Assembly (NCBI GenBank): GCA_951406725.2
Contig: OX597831.1
Coordinates: 46,562,001-46,626,000, forward strand
DNA length: 64,000 nt
From: Octopus vulgaris
Lineage: Eukaryota
Direction: 5' to 3'
The position numbers and the translations under genes were made by a program. A model generated the notes under the pieces. It did not search any database, was not told the DNA's origin, and saw nothing but the letters and a program-made list of their open reading frames with translations. This document shows positions 26,315 through 40,740 of the stretch, one piece after another. Each line of letters begins with the position of its first letter. Position 1 is the first letter of the stretch.

Positions 26315-26399
26315 ACATATGTCTATATGTCTATATATATATAGAGAGAGAGACGCACGCACATAGATGCAAATACACAAGCAAACACACGTGCATATG

Positions 26400-26441
<42 letters not shown>

Positions 26442-27329
26442 CGTTGTGTACGTATATGTTGAGAGGAAACGATGGGGAAGAAAAGCGAGAATGAGCGGGA
26501 GATTGACAAATCTGAACTATGCATAAATGCATAATTTTATGTATGTGAAATTACAATGTGAGCAAATTTGCATAACTCACTGGAGTAACTCTCATTAAAA
26601 AGCTAGCTCTCTCACTTGTCGCAAATGAAAGATACACACATTAATTGTTTATAAAGTTTTTTTTTTTTTTTTTCCTTTTAATTTTTGCTGAAAGGAATTA
26701 CTGTCGAATCTAGTTATATCCGATGGAATGTTGGCATTCAGTTAAAATATTTTTAAATGGCAACAGTTGTGTGTTTTCGCAGCTTTGTTCTTCTGTAGGA
26801 TCTTGCGGGAACACTAGACAATTGACAAACAAAATATTCAAGACATTTTTCCGCCAGTGTTTCATTTGGAGAAACACAATATGAAATTAAGTATATTGCC
26901 TTCTCAGAGAGGTTTTCTTCAAATGCCCGGTCTCATTCTTCACTGGTGATTCAATTACCCGCAAGGGGAGTAAATACTTTAATGAAAAGTCAGTCAGAAT
27001 AAATGAATTTCTCCCAGATCTGGCCTTTGTCACGGAGAAAGAGATTGAATTTAGATATTCTAGCAGAATAAAACGAATAGGCAGCAAAGTGCCAGAATGG
27101 GAAATTAAGACCTTTCAATGTGTGAATATCTTTGAAAAAGCCGGATTTATGTTTCACTAAGAAGCGCTAACGGAAGAGCTAAATGAATTATACCACTATG
27201 TCACGAAGAAGAAAATATTAAATGAAGAAAATGTCAAATGATGTGTGCTTGCAAGTTTTCCTCTAGAATTATTGCGATATACCTTAGCCAAGATGATGAT
27301 GTTGATGATGATGATGATGATGATGATAT

Positions 27330-27472
27330 ATGGAGCTTCTGTCTATCAAATCAATTCACAAGACTTTGGTCGGCCCGAGGCTTTAGTAGGAGGCACTTGC
27401 CCAAGGTACCACGCAGTGGGACTGAACCCTGTACAATGTGGTTGGTAAGCAAGCTTCTTACCACACAACCAC
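27330..27472 (-). mobile_element. SINE family B head fragment
   Basis: cacttgcccaaggtaccacgcagtgggactgaaccc. Confidence 0.85.
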
Positions 27473-28249
27473 AAATGCTTAAAAACTTAAACTTTATAGA
27501 CTATAAAGGCTACTTCTTAGTGCGTGGAATGTTTCTTTTACGACACTGGTAACAAACAAACAAACATCAACAACAACAACAACAACAACAACAATAACAA
27601 CACTAACAGTACCTACAAATCTGTAAGCTAAGACGACATAAGTATTCTCCTTATTTTATCTGATTATTATACTTAATTTAAGAGTTATTCCAGTGCATCA
27701 AAATGCTTGGGGTAATACTTCTATCAGTTATTGAAGCGGTTAATTAATTAATGGAACGAAATCCATTTAAACCACATCTAAACAGCTTTTACATCAAGTT
27801 TCTTTCATTGTCCAATAAATGGCTGTCACAGAGAGCCACTGATATTTCAGCACTTGTGATGTTAGCCGATTTTCAAAGGACATCAAAACCAACCCAAAGC
27901 TGTCATAAAAGAGAGCAATATAGATGCAAACAAACCGCTGGTATCATCATCACCATCATCTTCATAGCTCACCACTTCTGTATCTTAGAATGAAACTAAC
28001 CTGAACGAGATGATTGTAGAATATACATAATGGATAAAACAATTTAAAAGCGCAGTCGGATAATATTTGTTTCCAATTTCTCTAAGCTCTCATTAGATAA
28101 CAGACTGTTTTAGTGAAAGTAAAAGATAAAGCAACCATTCTCATGTTAAACGATATTAATGATGCCACAAGGCACTAACTGCAATATGTAATCACAAATA
28201 TTGAACACCCTCCTGTATTACAGCTGCTTTAATTCTAAATAAAATAACT

Positions 28250-28580
28250 TGTTCTACTGTAGGCACAAAGCCTGAAACCCTCGTGGTGAGGGAACTGGTC
28301 GATTGCATCAAACCCGCTGCTCAGCTGGTACTTATTTTATTGAGACCGAAACGATGAACAGTAGCAATTGAGCTCGACAGGATTTGAACTCAGAACGTAA
28401 AGCCGGAAGAACTGCCACTAAGCATTTCGTCCGATGTCCTCACGATACTGTTACCTCTCTAGTTCTCTAGTCTTACCTGCAATGGAAACAATGAAATATT
28501 GATTTCGAATTTTGGCGCGCGATCAGCAATTTCTGGGGAGGGGGCTAGTTGATTACATCGACCCAAGTACTCAATTCAAG
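28250..28580 (-). mobile_element. Degraded SINE family A copies
   Basis: ctggtacttattttattgagaccgaaacgatgaa...gatttgaactcagaacgt. Confidence 0.75.
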
Positions 28581-28793
28581 GGAACAATGAAACATTAGCC
28601 AACCGTGTCTCAGAACCGGGCAAATGGATGTCAATAATGAATTCACTGCACAGCACCTGGATCTTAACAAGAAAAAAAACCTTACTGCAAATCTGTTCTC
28701 TTGAGAAGGAAATATATAACTTCAAAGCAAGAGCACGAAGTATTGAATAGAAACAGAAAATCTCCATTAAATAAGATACCATACAAATTAGCA

Positions 28794-28866
<73 letters not shown>

Positions 28867-28869
28867 AAA

Positions 28870-29800
28870 TTTAGAGGACTGACCACTAAAGTGGACAATC
28901 TATATGCTAAACATAGAGGTCAAATCGCCATTACCACGAAGAATGTGTTCTCAAGAAAAATCTCATAAAAAAAAACAATGTAAAAATAAGCAAGACAAAT
29001 GAAAATATACGAAATAAGAAAACGATTACCTATGTACCATTGGTTTCACTTGTTAATATTTACGTATATGAATATATATATATATATGAAAGAAGTTTTG
29101 AAAATGCAATTTTAAAGATGTTTATTCACTTGACCGGTTTCACTTTATTTAGAAAAAGATTGTCAAAAGTAAAGTGTAATGTTTTATATAAGCTTTGTTG
29201 TGTTAAGTACTGGTTGTCACTAAAGTATCAAAATACATTTATACATTCTTTGATAATAATAAGAAAATGTTAAAAACAGTTTACAAGAAAGTATTTAAGA
29301 AAGTATTTAAGAAGTATTAGGAGTTCAATAAAAATCATGTTTGTTTGGAAGTATATATATATATATATATATATATCTTTACAGAAGAAGATATATTTAA
29401 GAGTTTACAAAGAATTTTAGAGAAACCAACCTGTCTTCCTAGCATTTTTTATTTTGTGTGTAGCTAAGAATTGTTTGCTATTTTAAGGGACTCTGTGGGG
29501 AGTTGGTTGGGGTGGGGGGAAAGGAAGAGCAATGTGGAATTAAAAGGATTTTTTTGTTTCCGGTCTAGTCTGTTATGGTTCAGTGGTTTTTGGGACTGGT
29601 CTTAGAGGTCAGAATGGTGTGAGTGTGTGTATCTATGTGCACGTCTCTATGTGTGTATGTATATCCATGTGTTTGTGGGTGGGAGCCGTTTCTTATTGGT
29701 CCTGGAGTTTATTGTGGTGTGTGTAAATGGGTCTGTGTGTTTTATATTTGGTAAGATGGTGTGTGTATATGTGTGCACGTTTGTGCGTGTGTGATTAATA
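28870..29800 (-). mobile_element. PLE pLTR relics with degenerate hammerhead halves, between microsatellites
   Basis: Minus gtGAAaccaatggta (~29035-29050) and tactt-ttgacaa...gtGAAaccggtcaagtg (~29128-29175). Confidence 0.5.
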
Positions 29801-29945
29801 TTTGTTAGAGTGTTGTGTACACACACAACACCCTAACAAATATACATATATTATATATATGTTGTATATTATATATATACATATGTATATTAAATACATG
29901 TATGTATGCATGTATGTATGTATGTATGTATGTATGTATGTATGG

Positions 29946-30080
<135 letters not shown>

Positions 30081-30569
30081 CAGTAGTTCATATCCGAAAA
30101 AGAAGGACGCTCTAAAGTATTAGAACAGTAATATATTATTTTAAGAAGTTTAAAAGTTATGGGAGATCATAGAGTGACTATGCGCCTTCAGCCATAAATT
30201 TTAACTTCCTATACATATACACAAATATGCATATATATATACATAAGGTTGTTTTTGTGAGGCTTTGTGAGGTGTAATTTAAAGAAAGTAGTTGTGTAAT
30301 GCCGCAACAATGCGAGAAGGTACAAAGTGACCTACAAATCGAAGTTTACTTTGTAAATGCTAGCAGTGTTCCGGCTTTATACAACTACAGTCTTTAGATA
30401 TATAAAGACACACACACACTGACACACACACACACACACCCACACCCACACACACTCATATATATGTATGTATATATGGATATATATATATGTGTACATA
30501 TCTCTTTCTCTCTATATATAAATATATATATACATATATATATATGTGTATATATATATATGTATGTAC

Positions 30570-30654
<85 letters not shown>

Positions 30655-30670
30655 CAATATATATATATAT

Positions 30671-33064
30671 ACTTATGTTTCTACTGCCTTGCTTCTGACT
30701 AGTGTTTGAATATTGTCCTCTTTTTGTAGTGAGTTCAGGGCTCAAATAATTATGCTTTAAATAGGACTTGACTGGTAGAGAATATTATGGATATTGAGCA
30801 TTACAAAAGAGATATACTATCTGTATTACATGATACGACCTACTACGAAAAGGTTAACAATTACTGAACACACTCATGTTGCATAAGCGTACACTATCTC
30901 GCTGATCTTAAATTCAGGCCAATCGTAGCAGGCCCGATCTGTGAAGCACACAAACTCAGTAACTTTTTAGATATATTACTGAAACCTATTTTAAAATACT
31001 TACCAAGTCTTGTACGGAACGACATGGATCTGTTAAACCACCTTCCAAAATCCATACCACTATTGTATCTTTTGATGTGATAAATCTCTATACCACAATT
31101 CTACACCAATATGAACTAGAGGCCATAGATTTCTGGCTTAAGAAATTCCCTCGTGAAATTTCAGACAGAATTTTTAAAAGTTTCATCACTGAAGGTTTAA
31201 AATTCATCCTCAAAAACAACTTTTTTTTTACTTCGATGGCAATATTTACAAACAAATATCAGGGACTGCGATGGCGATAAAAGTTGCTCCTACGTACGCC
31301 AATCTGGTCATGGCATACTTGGAGGTCCCGATATATGAACAATCTAAATTAAAATATGGCTTGAACTTCCAAAAATGTCTACTAGAAAACAGGAAATGTT
31401 ATCTAGATGACTGTGTAATCTTATGGACGTCCACACTTGAACAACTTATAGGTTTCAAAAATCTAATCAACAGCATAAACAATAATGTCAACTTCACTAT
31501 GGAATACAGTAAAACTCAAGTACCATTCCTTGACATACTAATCATCAAAGAGATAAAAACCTTGAAACAGACATTCACCACAAAGAGATTTTAAACAATA
31601 CCTACCGTTCTCCTAATGCCATCCAAAACATACGAAGAATAAGGAAGAAAAATCTGCACAATTGTTTCAAACCCTGAAACTCACAATAAAAGACTCCAGG
31701 AACTAAAGCAAATACTGCTTAAAAGACAATGTCCACTAATGGTAACTAAGACAACGGAATACAACGTGCCAAAGCAATAAATATCCTAAAAATACGAAAA
31801 AACACTCCAGACACATCCAATACTCTACGATTTATTACAACACACAACCTAAGAAACACAGGAGTTTATAATATTATCCATCAGAATATCCTACTACTAA
31901 GATAAGACCCAAGAATGAAACAAGCATTAGAAATACACAAAATAATCAAAAGGCAATCAAAGTCCCTCAAAAATTCCTCACCAGCGCTAAATTAACTTCC
32001 ACAATTCCCACACCGACAGTCCAAAAGTATCCGCCCCAATTGCGGGATCTGCATCAACTTATTGAAGACACAATATACAAATTCAAATCAGGAAAGATTT
32101 TTACCGTAAAAAATCATTTTATATGTTATTCAAGAAATTTAATAAACGCTATCAAATTTCAAGAATGTAATGAAGATTACATAAGTCAAACAAAGCTTAA
32201 TTTAAGAAATAGACTGACCATTCACCGACAACAAATACGAGATTCCAGTACTTGACAGATTCCACGGAGTGGACACATAGACATATATGCAAAAAGTAAG
32301 TCCCCCAAATTCCAGGTCTTCCCACTCTACCTATGTTCAGTGAATACCACACAAGAAGCACGGATAAAGAAAGAAAATACTTTCATACAAAAGTACAAAC
32401 CAAGACTCCTGCCCATTCTCCCACCTGGAAAATTATATTTAGAGTGTCTTGATTGTAACTAAGCATCTTCACTCAACCGCCTCGGCCTTCGTTTTAGGTG
32501 CAAAATATACTGTTACGTGACACTAAAGCACGGATGTAGAGAGAAAGATACAAAAGATTCTAAACTTAATCACGTGTTCATTCTCTACAAACACCTGACA
32601 GAAAACATTCAGAGCAACGAGCTGGCAGAAATGTTAGCACGCCGGGCGAAATGCTTAGCGGTATTTCGTCTGTTTTTATGTTCTGAGTTCAAATTCCGCC
32701 AAGGTCGCCTTTGCCTTTCGTCCTTTCGGGGTCAATAAGTACCAGTTGTGTACTGGGGTTGATCTAATCGACTGGCCCCTTCCCCCAATATTTCGGGCCT
32801 TGTGCCTAGAGTAGAAAAGAGCATTGATTGTTGGGTACTGTCGCTAGGCATGTTCAGTGAACCATGTCAGCATGAACTTACGACGCCAAATATTGTCACT
32901 TGATACTACGTCACACGGACGTAGCAGGGAACCTACAAAAATTTATAAGACTAGTCGTGACTTTCACCTACCAATCAAAACATACTAATTCGAGCCATGA
33001 ACTCCTTATAAAAATAGGACAAGCTTCAAACACTAGTCAGAAGCAAGACAGTTGCAACATTAGT
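30671..33064 (+). mobile_element. Degraded Neptune-type PLE with an inverted partial terminal repeat
   Basis: KFRPIVAGP..HKLSNFLDILLKP; SFDVINLYTTI; GTAMAIKVAPTYANLVM; YLDDC; ECNEDYISQT..LRNRLTIHRQQI. 30671-30710 is the inverted copy of 33025-33064. Confidence 0.85.
32612..32820 (+). mobile_element. SINE family A inserted in the PLE 3' region
   Basis: gagctggcagaaatgttagcacgccgggcgaaatgcttagcggtatttcg. Confidence 0.88.
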
Positions 33065-33485
33065 CACGTCTTTCTATTACAATTTTTTTGAAAATCGGTA
33101 AAATCTTTATATATAACAAAAAACATGTTAACTATTCTCAGTGCATTCTCAACTTCTATTTTTTCTATATTCCTATCCGCGTAGAATAAAATAACTTTGT
33201 TCTCTCTCTTTCTCTGTATATATATATATGTTTTTTGCTTGTTGTTTTTTGGTTTTTGTACATTTTTAAATATGAGAACTTTTATAATAGGTTTTTATAT
33301 TCAATTGTTTATAGGGTTTATTTTAGATTATTTTAGATTATATATTGATTATATATAGATTATATATAGATTATATATAGATTATATTTTTTTTTTTATA
33401 TTCTTTCATTGATAATTTTATTATTTTATTATTTTAAATTATTTTAAATTATATTTTAAAATATTGATATTTTTAGATCGAAAAT

Positions 33486-33529
33486 CCACCTGAAGATTGT
33501 CGGTAGCAGACATGAAACATTTGTAGTGG
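33486..33529 (+). ncRNA. Type-I hammerhead ribozyme motif
   Basis: ccac-CTGAAGA-t-tgtc(ggtagca)gaca-t-GAA-acatttgt-A-gtgg; GUA cleavage triplet. Confidence 0.78.
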
Positions 33530-33613
33530 TGGTTTATTTAATTTATATTAAAATTTTATGTATTGATTAAGTCTTTCCTTGTTTGGTTTTAAAATAGTGG
33601 TTTTGTCTCGAAT

Positions 33614-33678
<65 letters not shown>

Positions 33679-33694
33679 CATACATATACATAAT

Positions 33695-33946
33695 AAATAA
33701 ATGCGCTCTTTTCAAGCCTAGCCAGGTTCATGGGCCCGATTTCCCGGTTTCTATGGCGTATATGGTTCCCAGCTGGACGGGAGCCAGTCCATCGCAGCGT
33801 TACTCATTTTTGCCAGCTGAGTGGACTGGAGCAACGTGAAATGAAGTGTTTTGCTCAAGAACACAACGCGTCGCCCGGTCCAGGAATCGAAACCACAATC
33901 TTACGATCATGAAGCTGACACCGTAACCACTAAGCCACGCGCCTCC
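33695..33946 (-). mobile_element. SINE family C (tRNA head; gtgttcttgagcaaaacactt; gatggactgg..cccgtccag)
   Basis: Matches 53782-54000 and 37725-38050. Confidence 0.9.
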
Positions 33947-34004
33947 ACACACACGCACACACACACACACGCGCACACACACACATATATATATATATGT
34001 ATAA

Positions 34005-34056
<52 letters not shown>

Positions 34057-34066
34057 ATATATAGAC

Positions 34067-34109
<43 letters not shown>

Positions 34110-34210
34110 AAACCAAAAAACCATTGGTGTTAAACTGATATTATTAAATTAATATACAATTTTTCACCCTCATTTTGATTTTAATTTATATATATATATA
34201 CATATATATA

Positions 34211-35073
34211 CGAGGTTTGATCAATAAGTATCGGGACTGTTGCCTTAGTTACGAAGCTACTATGCAGAGTAAAGCCGCTCGGCACAGATTGACCTTGAAC
34301 TCTGCTGTGCATGCACATTATAAGTTTTAACGTTCTAGCTCTCTTCGAAGGAAGGTGTGTAGCGTGTGATAGTCGCATTAACCATGACAGAGAAATTTGT
34401 CATGGTGATGAGGCCTGCGCAAAATTGCAGAAAGTGCATGGAGAGGAGTGTATGAGACGCACACAAGTATACGAGTAGTTCAGATATTTCCAAGAAGGCC
34501 GAAAAAATGTCGATATTGTGGAACGTTCTGGGAGACAGCAACCGGTAGAACTGAGAAAACAGCGTAGATGTGCGTGCAGTTGTGAGGCGAAATCGTCGAA
34601 TCACCATCGGTAAGTTTTCAGAGGATGTGTGGATTAGTTACGGTTCAGTTCAGTCCATTATCACTGAATATTTGGGTAAGAGACACGTGCCTGCCAAATT
34701 TGTTCCAAAACTGCTTTTAGCTGACCAAAAAGTCACTCGGATTTCAGTTGTACAAGATCTCCTTGATTGTGTCGAGAACGTTGAAAACTTTATGAAAGCT
34801 TTGTGTAAGCCTCTGAGTAGGTATCGTCAAGCTTTTTGCAAAATTTGATGCAGATTCTCTGCTCAACTTTCTTTGTTATGGTCAATGCGACGATCACACG
34901 TACACACATTTTTTCCAAGCACTATCGTAAACAGCGGAAGTGAGCTAGAACGTTAAAACGCTTAGTGCGCATGCACAGCAGAGTTCAAGGTCAATCTGTG
35001 CCAAGTGACGTCAATCTGCGTGCTTTAGCTTCGTGACTATGGTAACAGTCCGAATACTTATTGATCAGACTAC
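34211..35073 (+). mobile_element. Internally deleted mariner with ~130-bp inverted ends and TA TSD
   Basis: TIR tgatcaataagtatc.ggactgtt.cc. The remnant RRNRRITI..ISYGSVQSIITEYLGKRHVPAKFVPKLL covers the HTH and WVPxxL-like motif. Confidence 0.9.
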
Positions 35074-35149
35074 TATATGTTTGTGTGTGTATACACACAC
35101 ATATTTGTGTATACACACATGTATGTGTGTATACACACACATATTTTCA

Positions 35150-35565
35150 ACTTGTTCCAGTCATTTGACTGCGGCCATGCTGGGGCACGGCTATGAACGG
35201 TTTTAGTCGAGCAGATCGACACCAAGGCAATTTTTTTTTCAGCTTAGTACTTATTCTATTGATAGCTTTTGCCGAACCGCTAGGTTACGGAGAAGTAAAC
35301 ATACCAACACTGGTTGTGAAATGGTGATGTGGGGACAAATACGGACACAAAGACACACATAAACATGAACATACACACACACGCACACGCACACACAGAC
35401 ACACACATACATACACACACGCACACACACACACACACACACATATATACATCCACATATCTCACAAGGCCTGGGTTGGTCCGAGGCTATAGTAGAAGAC
35501 TCTTGCCCAGGGTGCCAAGCAGTGGGACTGAACCCGGAACTATGTAGTTGTGAAGCAGCTTCTTG
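35150..35565 (-). mobile_element. SINE family B
   Basis: Tail, internal (CA)n and head all present. Confidence 0.85.
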
Positions 35566-35880
35566 CATTAAAGAAGTATTTTCATTCTTAGCTTCAAGAT
35601 TTTCCCGTGCCATATCAAGGTAATTTGGCGTATCAAATATCTAAATATGAAAACAAAAAAAACTTTGTATAGAATATCATCACCTTGTACCAGTCATATC
35701 TTAGGTCTCTTCCCAGTGGGCTTCTGTTATTTAGTTTAATCGAAGCTTGACTGAAAATTTCTGTTTATGGTTTAAAGATTTGTTGTCGTCGTCGTCGTCG
35801 TCTTCTTCTTCTTCTTCTTCTTCTTCTTCTTCTTCTTCTTCTTCTTCTTCTTCTTCTTCTTCTTCTTCTTCTTCTTCTTC

Positions 35881-36312
35881 CAATCAGGACTCACGCCATT
35901 AGCCACAAAGAATGATCTCTAATTCGAGCCTACTCTACGCTACTAAGAATGCATGTGGCAATTTGAAGATCCTCCCAACACACACGAGAGACTGGCGGTT
36001 GCATGGGCGCGAAAGCTACGTTGTTATCCTCATTCCGTAAACGGTGGCTTTTAGCGGTGTAGAGCCGAACCATCCTGCCTGTAAAGAGGATTCGCAATCT
36101 AGACTAGGGTCTGAAAGTTTTCCACACCATAGTGGGTTACGCCATGGTTCTTCTGCTTTGTGACAGAAGTAGGAAGAAAGAGTGAGATAAAGTTGTGGTG
36201 AAAGAGTACAGCGGGGTTCACCCCCACCCCTGCCGGACCTTTGTGGAGCTTATGTGTTTTTGCTCAATAAACACTCGCAAATGCCCGGTGTGGGAATCGA
36301 AATTGCGCCTCC
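35881..36312 (-). mobile_element. SINE family E with a long distinct tail ending in (GAA)n
   Basis: Head and body match 49092 and 54000; 35881-36150 is unrelated to the other tails. Confidence 0.7.
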
Positions 36313-36536
36313 AGTGTTGTTGTTGATATGTTCTTGGTTGCCTTCAGTTATGATACATAAATATTATAATCCTTCATTCCATTTCATATTTTAGACCAAA
36401 ATCATCTATGATCTTCATGAAAATGAGCCTTTTATTCCAGAGACATTATTTTTTTTTCAGCATTCGTGTGTGTGTTCCCGAGTGAGGATCTTTATATTGA
36501 CCTATACATACATACACACATATATACATACATACA

Positions 36537-37085
<549 letters not shown>

Positions 37086-37724
37086 TGTATATATATATAT
37101 ATTATATATATATATATATATGTATATGTATATGTATATGTATGTACGTATGTATTATGTATGTGTGTATATTCAAACCTGCATCATACGAGACCATCGT
37201 ATATACCCGTTCATTTTATTACGATGTTGGGAATTTAGCATTATAATGACATTAGAATGCCGGATTGCTTGATTGAATTATGTAGACAATTTTAAGAAAA
37301 CGTCTGCTCTTATAATCAAAGATAAACAAATATAGAATTTAAATCTCTAGATCTGAAATTATATGACATTTATCTTCTAGTTTGTGAAGTAATCTAATTT
37401 GTCACTCATTGATAAGATTACGCTGAAAAATTTAAGACACCTCGAATATTTCAATTCTCCTTTACTCTCTGTCTCTCCGTTTCTCTTCTCTCTTTCTTTC
37501 TTCCCTCTTTTTCTCTATCAGTCATTCCTTCCTTCATTGTGTTAATCATTCAAGATTATTATCGATTGTATCGATAGCTGTAGTTGATTGGTGCTTCTTT
37601 TATTAGAATACTAAACGGAAAAGTCGACTCCAGTTGATTTCCTACTTAGAACGTAAAATGGCATAAGTAACAATTACAAGGTATTTTGTTCATCACTCAT
37701 TCACTTGTGCCATTAAACAACTGT

Positions 37725-38050
37725 GGAGACGCATGACTCAAGTGGTTAGTGTGTTGAACTCATGATCGTAAGATTGTGGTTTCGATTTCTGGTCCGGGCG
37801 AAAACACGTCATTTCAGTTCCTTGTCCGGGCGAAAACACGTCATTTCGATTGCTGGTCCGGGCGAAAACACATAATTTCAATTCTTTGTTCGGGCGAAGG
37901 CACGTAATTTCGATTCATGGTCCGGGCGAAAACACGTCATTGCACTCTGCTCCAGTCCATTCAGCTGGTAGCAAAAATGAATACTCCTGTGATGATCCAG
38001 GGAGGAAACCAGGAAACCAGCCCAGTGCTCCTTATAGAGCAATGAGGTAG
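37725..38050 (+). mobile_element. SINE family C with an internal tandem amplification
   Basis: Five copies of gtccgggcgaaaacacgtcatttc. Confidence 0.85.
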
Positions 38051-38904
38051 TCCATCAACCATTCTTCGTCTACATAGCATTCTTTCTTTCTACTCTCCTT
38101 TAGTGGAGCGATATCATATAAAAAAAAACGTGACTGAATATGGGTCACGTTTATATAAAGAGAATAAGGGGGACAGAAAAAGATACTAAGTAGAGGATGA
38201 CTCGTTTCCCAACAAAATAGGAATTGTTTCACAAGGCTACCAGTTTTAATGAGAAAAGGTTAGTTGATTACATCCACGCCAGTACTTGACTGATACTTTA
38301 TTTGATCGACCGCGAAGAGATGAAAGGCGATGTTAACCTCAGTGACATCTGAACTCAGGACATACAGAAATAAATAGAGAAAAAGCAATTTTTTTCCCCG
38401 ACACTGTAGCAATTCTACAAACCACCACTCCGTCAAAAACAAAGAAATGGGAGTAATAAAGTAGAAAGTAAATTAGTCCAACGCGTTCATCATGAACAAA
38501 AGAGTCGCAGTGATATAAGTGAAAAACTTCTCGTTACTTGACACACAAAGACAATATAAAAATCCACAGTAGCATACACTCACACATCTTACATATATAT
38601 TACATCACACGTGAAGTTATGTGTTCAGGTGTGTTGTTAAGATGATTCCTTTGTCGTGCCTTGAGAAATGTTCTCGATCTATTTATAAAATTTTGAGAAC
38701 AGTTATCTACAAGGCCAATGAGAATGACATACAAACCCATTTTCCCAAATACTGAACGCCTTGAACGATTATGTTGAAAATCATGCGTGCTCACTCACAC
38801 TCGCATACACATGCTCATAATATAGTAGGCTTGTTGCTGAAAAAGAATCAAAGGGGATAAAACCCAAGACATAAGAGTACATGTATTTATTATCATTTAG
38901 CTGC

Positions 38905-39125
38905 AAAGCAGCGAGCTAGCAAAGTCGTTAGCACGCCGCGCAAAATACTTAGCGACATTTCGCCTGTCGCTACGGTCTGAGTTCAAATTCCGCCGAGGTT
39001 CACTTTGCTTTTTATCCTTTCGGGATTGATAAAATAACTATCAGTTGAGCACTGGAGTCAATGTAATCGACTTGCTATCGCCCACAAAGTTTACAGGCCT
39101 TGTGCCTTCAGTAGAAAGTATTATT
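38905..39125 (+). mobile_element. SINE family A
   Basis: Head-to-tail match. Confidence 0.85.
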
Positions 39126-39374
39126 CGGCTGTGAAATAGCACAAATGGCTCGAGGGTCGAGGGCCAACGATTTCGTGCATTGTACTTATCGAACTTACTT
39201 AAAATTCGTGAATTCATTTTCAACGCGAAGTTCTATTATAAATTTTTCGAAAATGTTCGCTCAAAAATATTGGAGGGTTGCATCATGCATGGATTTCAAA
39301 ATCTTTCTGTTGAGTAAAAGGGGAGGATAAAAATAAAATAAAGTAAAATATATATATATATATAAAATATATAG

Positions 39375-39750
39375 ACCTGACTGAGTGGTAAGAAGTTTGT
39401 TTCCCAGCCACATGGTTCCAGATTCAGTCCCACTGCGCGGCACATTGGGCAAATGTCTTTTACCATAAGCCTTGGGCCGATCAAAAACTTGTGAGTTGAT
39501 TTGGTAGGAAACTGAACGAAGTCCTTTGTACATATGTGTGTGTGTGTGTGACTGTGTGACTGTGCCCCATCACTGCTTGACGATCGGTGTTTATATGTTT
39601 ACATCACCGTAAGTTAACGATTCGGTAAAAGAGACCGATAGAATAAGTACCAGGGTTTAAAAAAATGTACCGGGTCGATTTATTCGGCCAAAAATTCTTC
39701 GAGGCGGTGCCCCAACATGGCCGCAGTCTAATGACTGAAACAAATAAAAG
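39375..39750 (+). mobile_element. SINE family B
   Basis: Head, (TG)n and tail present. Confidence 0.85.
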
Positions 39751-40118
39751 TTAAAAGTAAAGCATAAACAAACACATATAATGGATTGTTTCAACTTTTT
39801 GAACAAAGCCAGTGTTTGAATAGTTATAGTCGAAAAGATCGACACCAGAACTTCTTTTATTGATTTCTTTTGCCGAACCGCTAAGTTAGGAAGACGTAAA
39901 CACGTCAAAACCGGTTGTCAAATGGTGATGAAGGTACAACACAGTTGAGTATATCGACTCCAGTCCTTGACTGGTACTTTAGTTTAGCCCACTCCAAAAG
40001 ATTGAAAGAGAAAGTGGACCTCGGTAGTATATAAATAGTGAATAAATATAGCCCGGAAGTAATGCTGCGAGGTATTTTAACCGACATGCTAACATTTCTG
40101 TCAGCTCGCAGCTATAAG

Positions 40119-40180
<62 letters not shown>

Positions 40181-40183
<3 letters not shown>

Positions 40184-40348
40184 ATGAGAATAGAATGAAA
40201 TGACGGAGCGGGAGCACACACGAGGACGAAAAGTGACACAGAAGAGGTCACAAATGTGTGACAAAAGATTACCGGGCAATGGACAAGAGTTAAAATAAGA
40301 ACAGAAATAAACGAGTGAAGAAACAAATGGCGGTCCTGAAATACAACA
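40181..40348 (+). mobile_element. Short TG...CA solo-LTR-like unit resembling the arm of the 850-1232 element
   Basis: tgtatga start, gtgtgacaaaagattaccgggc, aataaa, end cctgaaatacaaca. Confidence 0.4.
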
Positions 40349-40432
40349 ATATATTTCTATGTATCTATCTATATTCATGTGGTTCCCAGCATCATTACAG
40401 CTTTGAAGCTGAAACAATTTAAAGATTTAAAG

Positions 40433-40504
<72 letters not shown>

Positions 40505-40740
40505 TTGTGTGTGCGTGTGAGTGTGTGTGTGAGTGTGTGAGTGTGTGTGTGTGTGTATCTGTGTGTGTATATACATATATATATATACACACACACACAC
40601 ACATATATATTACGGAGATGTACTTGCAAAGCAAGTGACCTGATCTGAGATCGTGTGCTGAAACAAAAAATTGCAGCGTAGACGATGTTTATAAGCCATT
40701 TAAAAACACACAAAAACCCTTAGATTCACTTCAACTTTAA

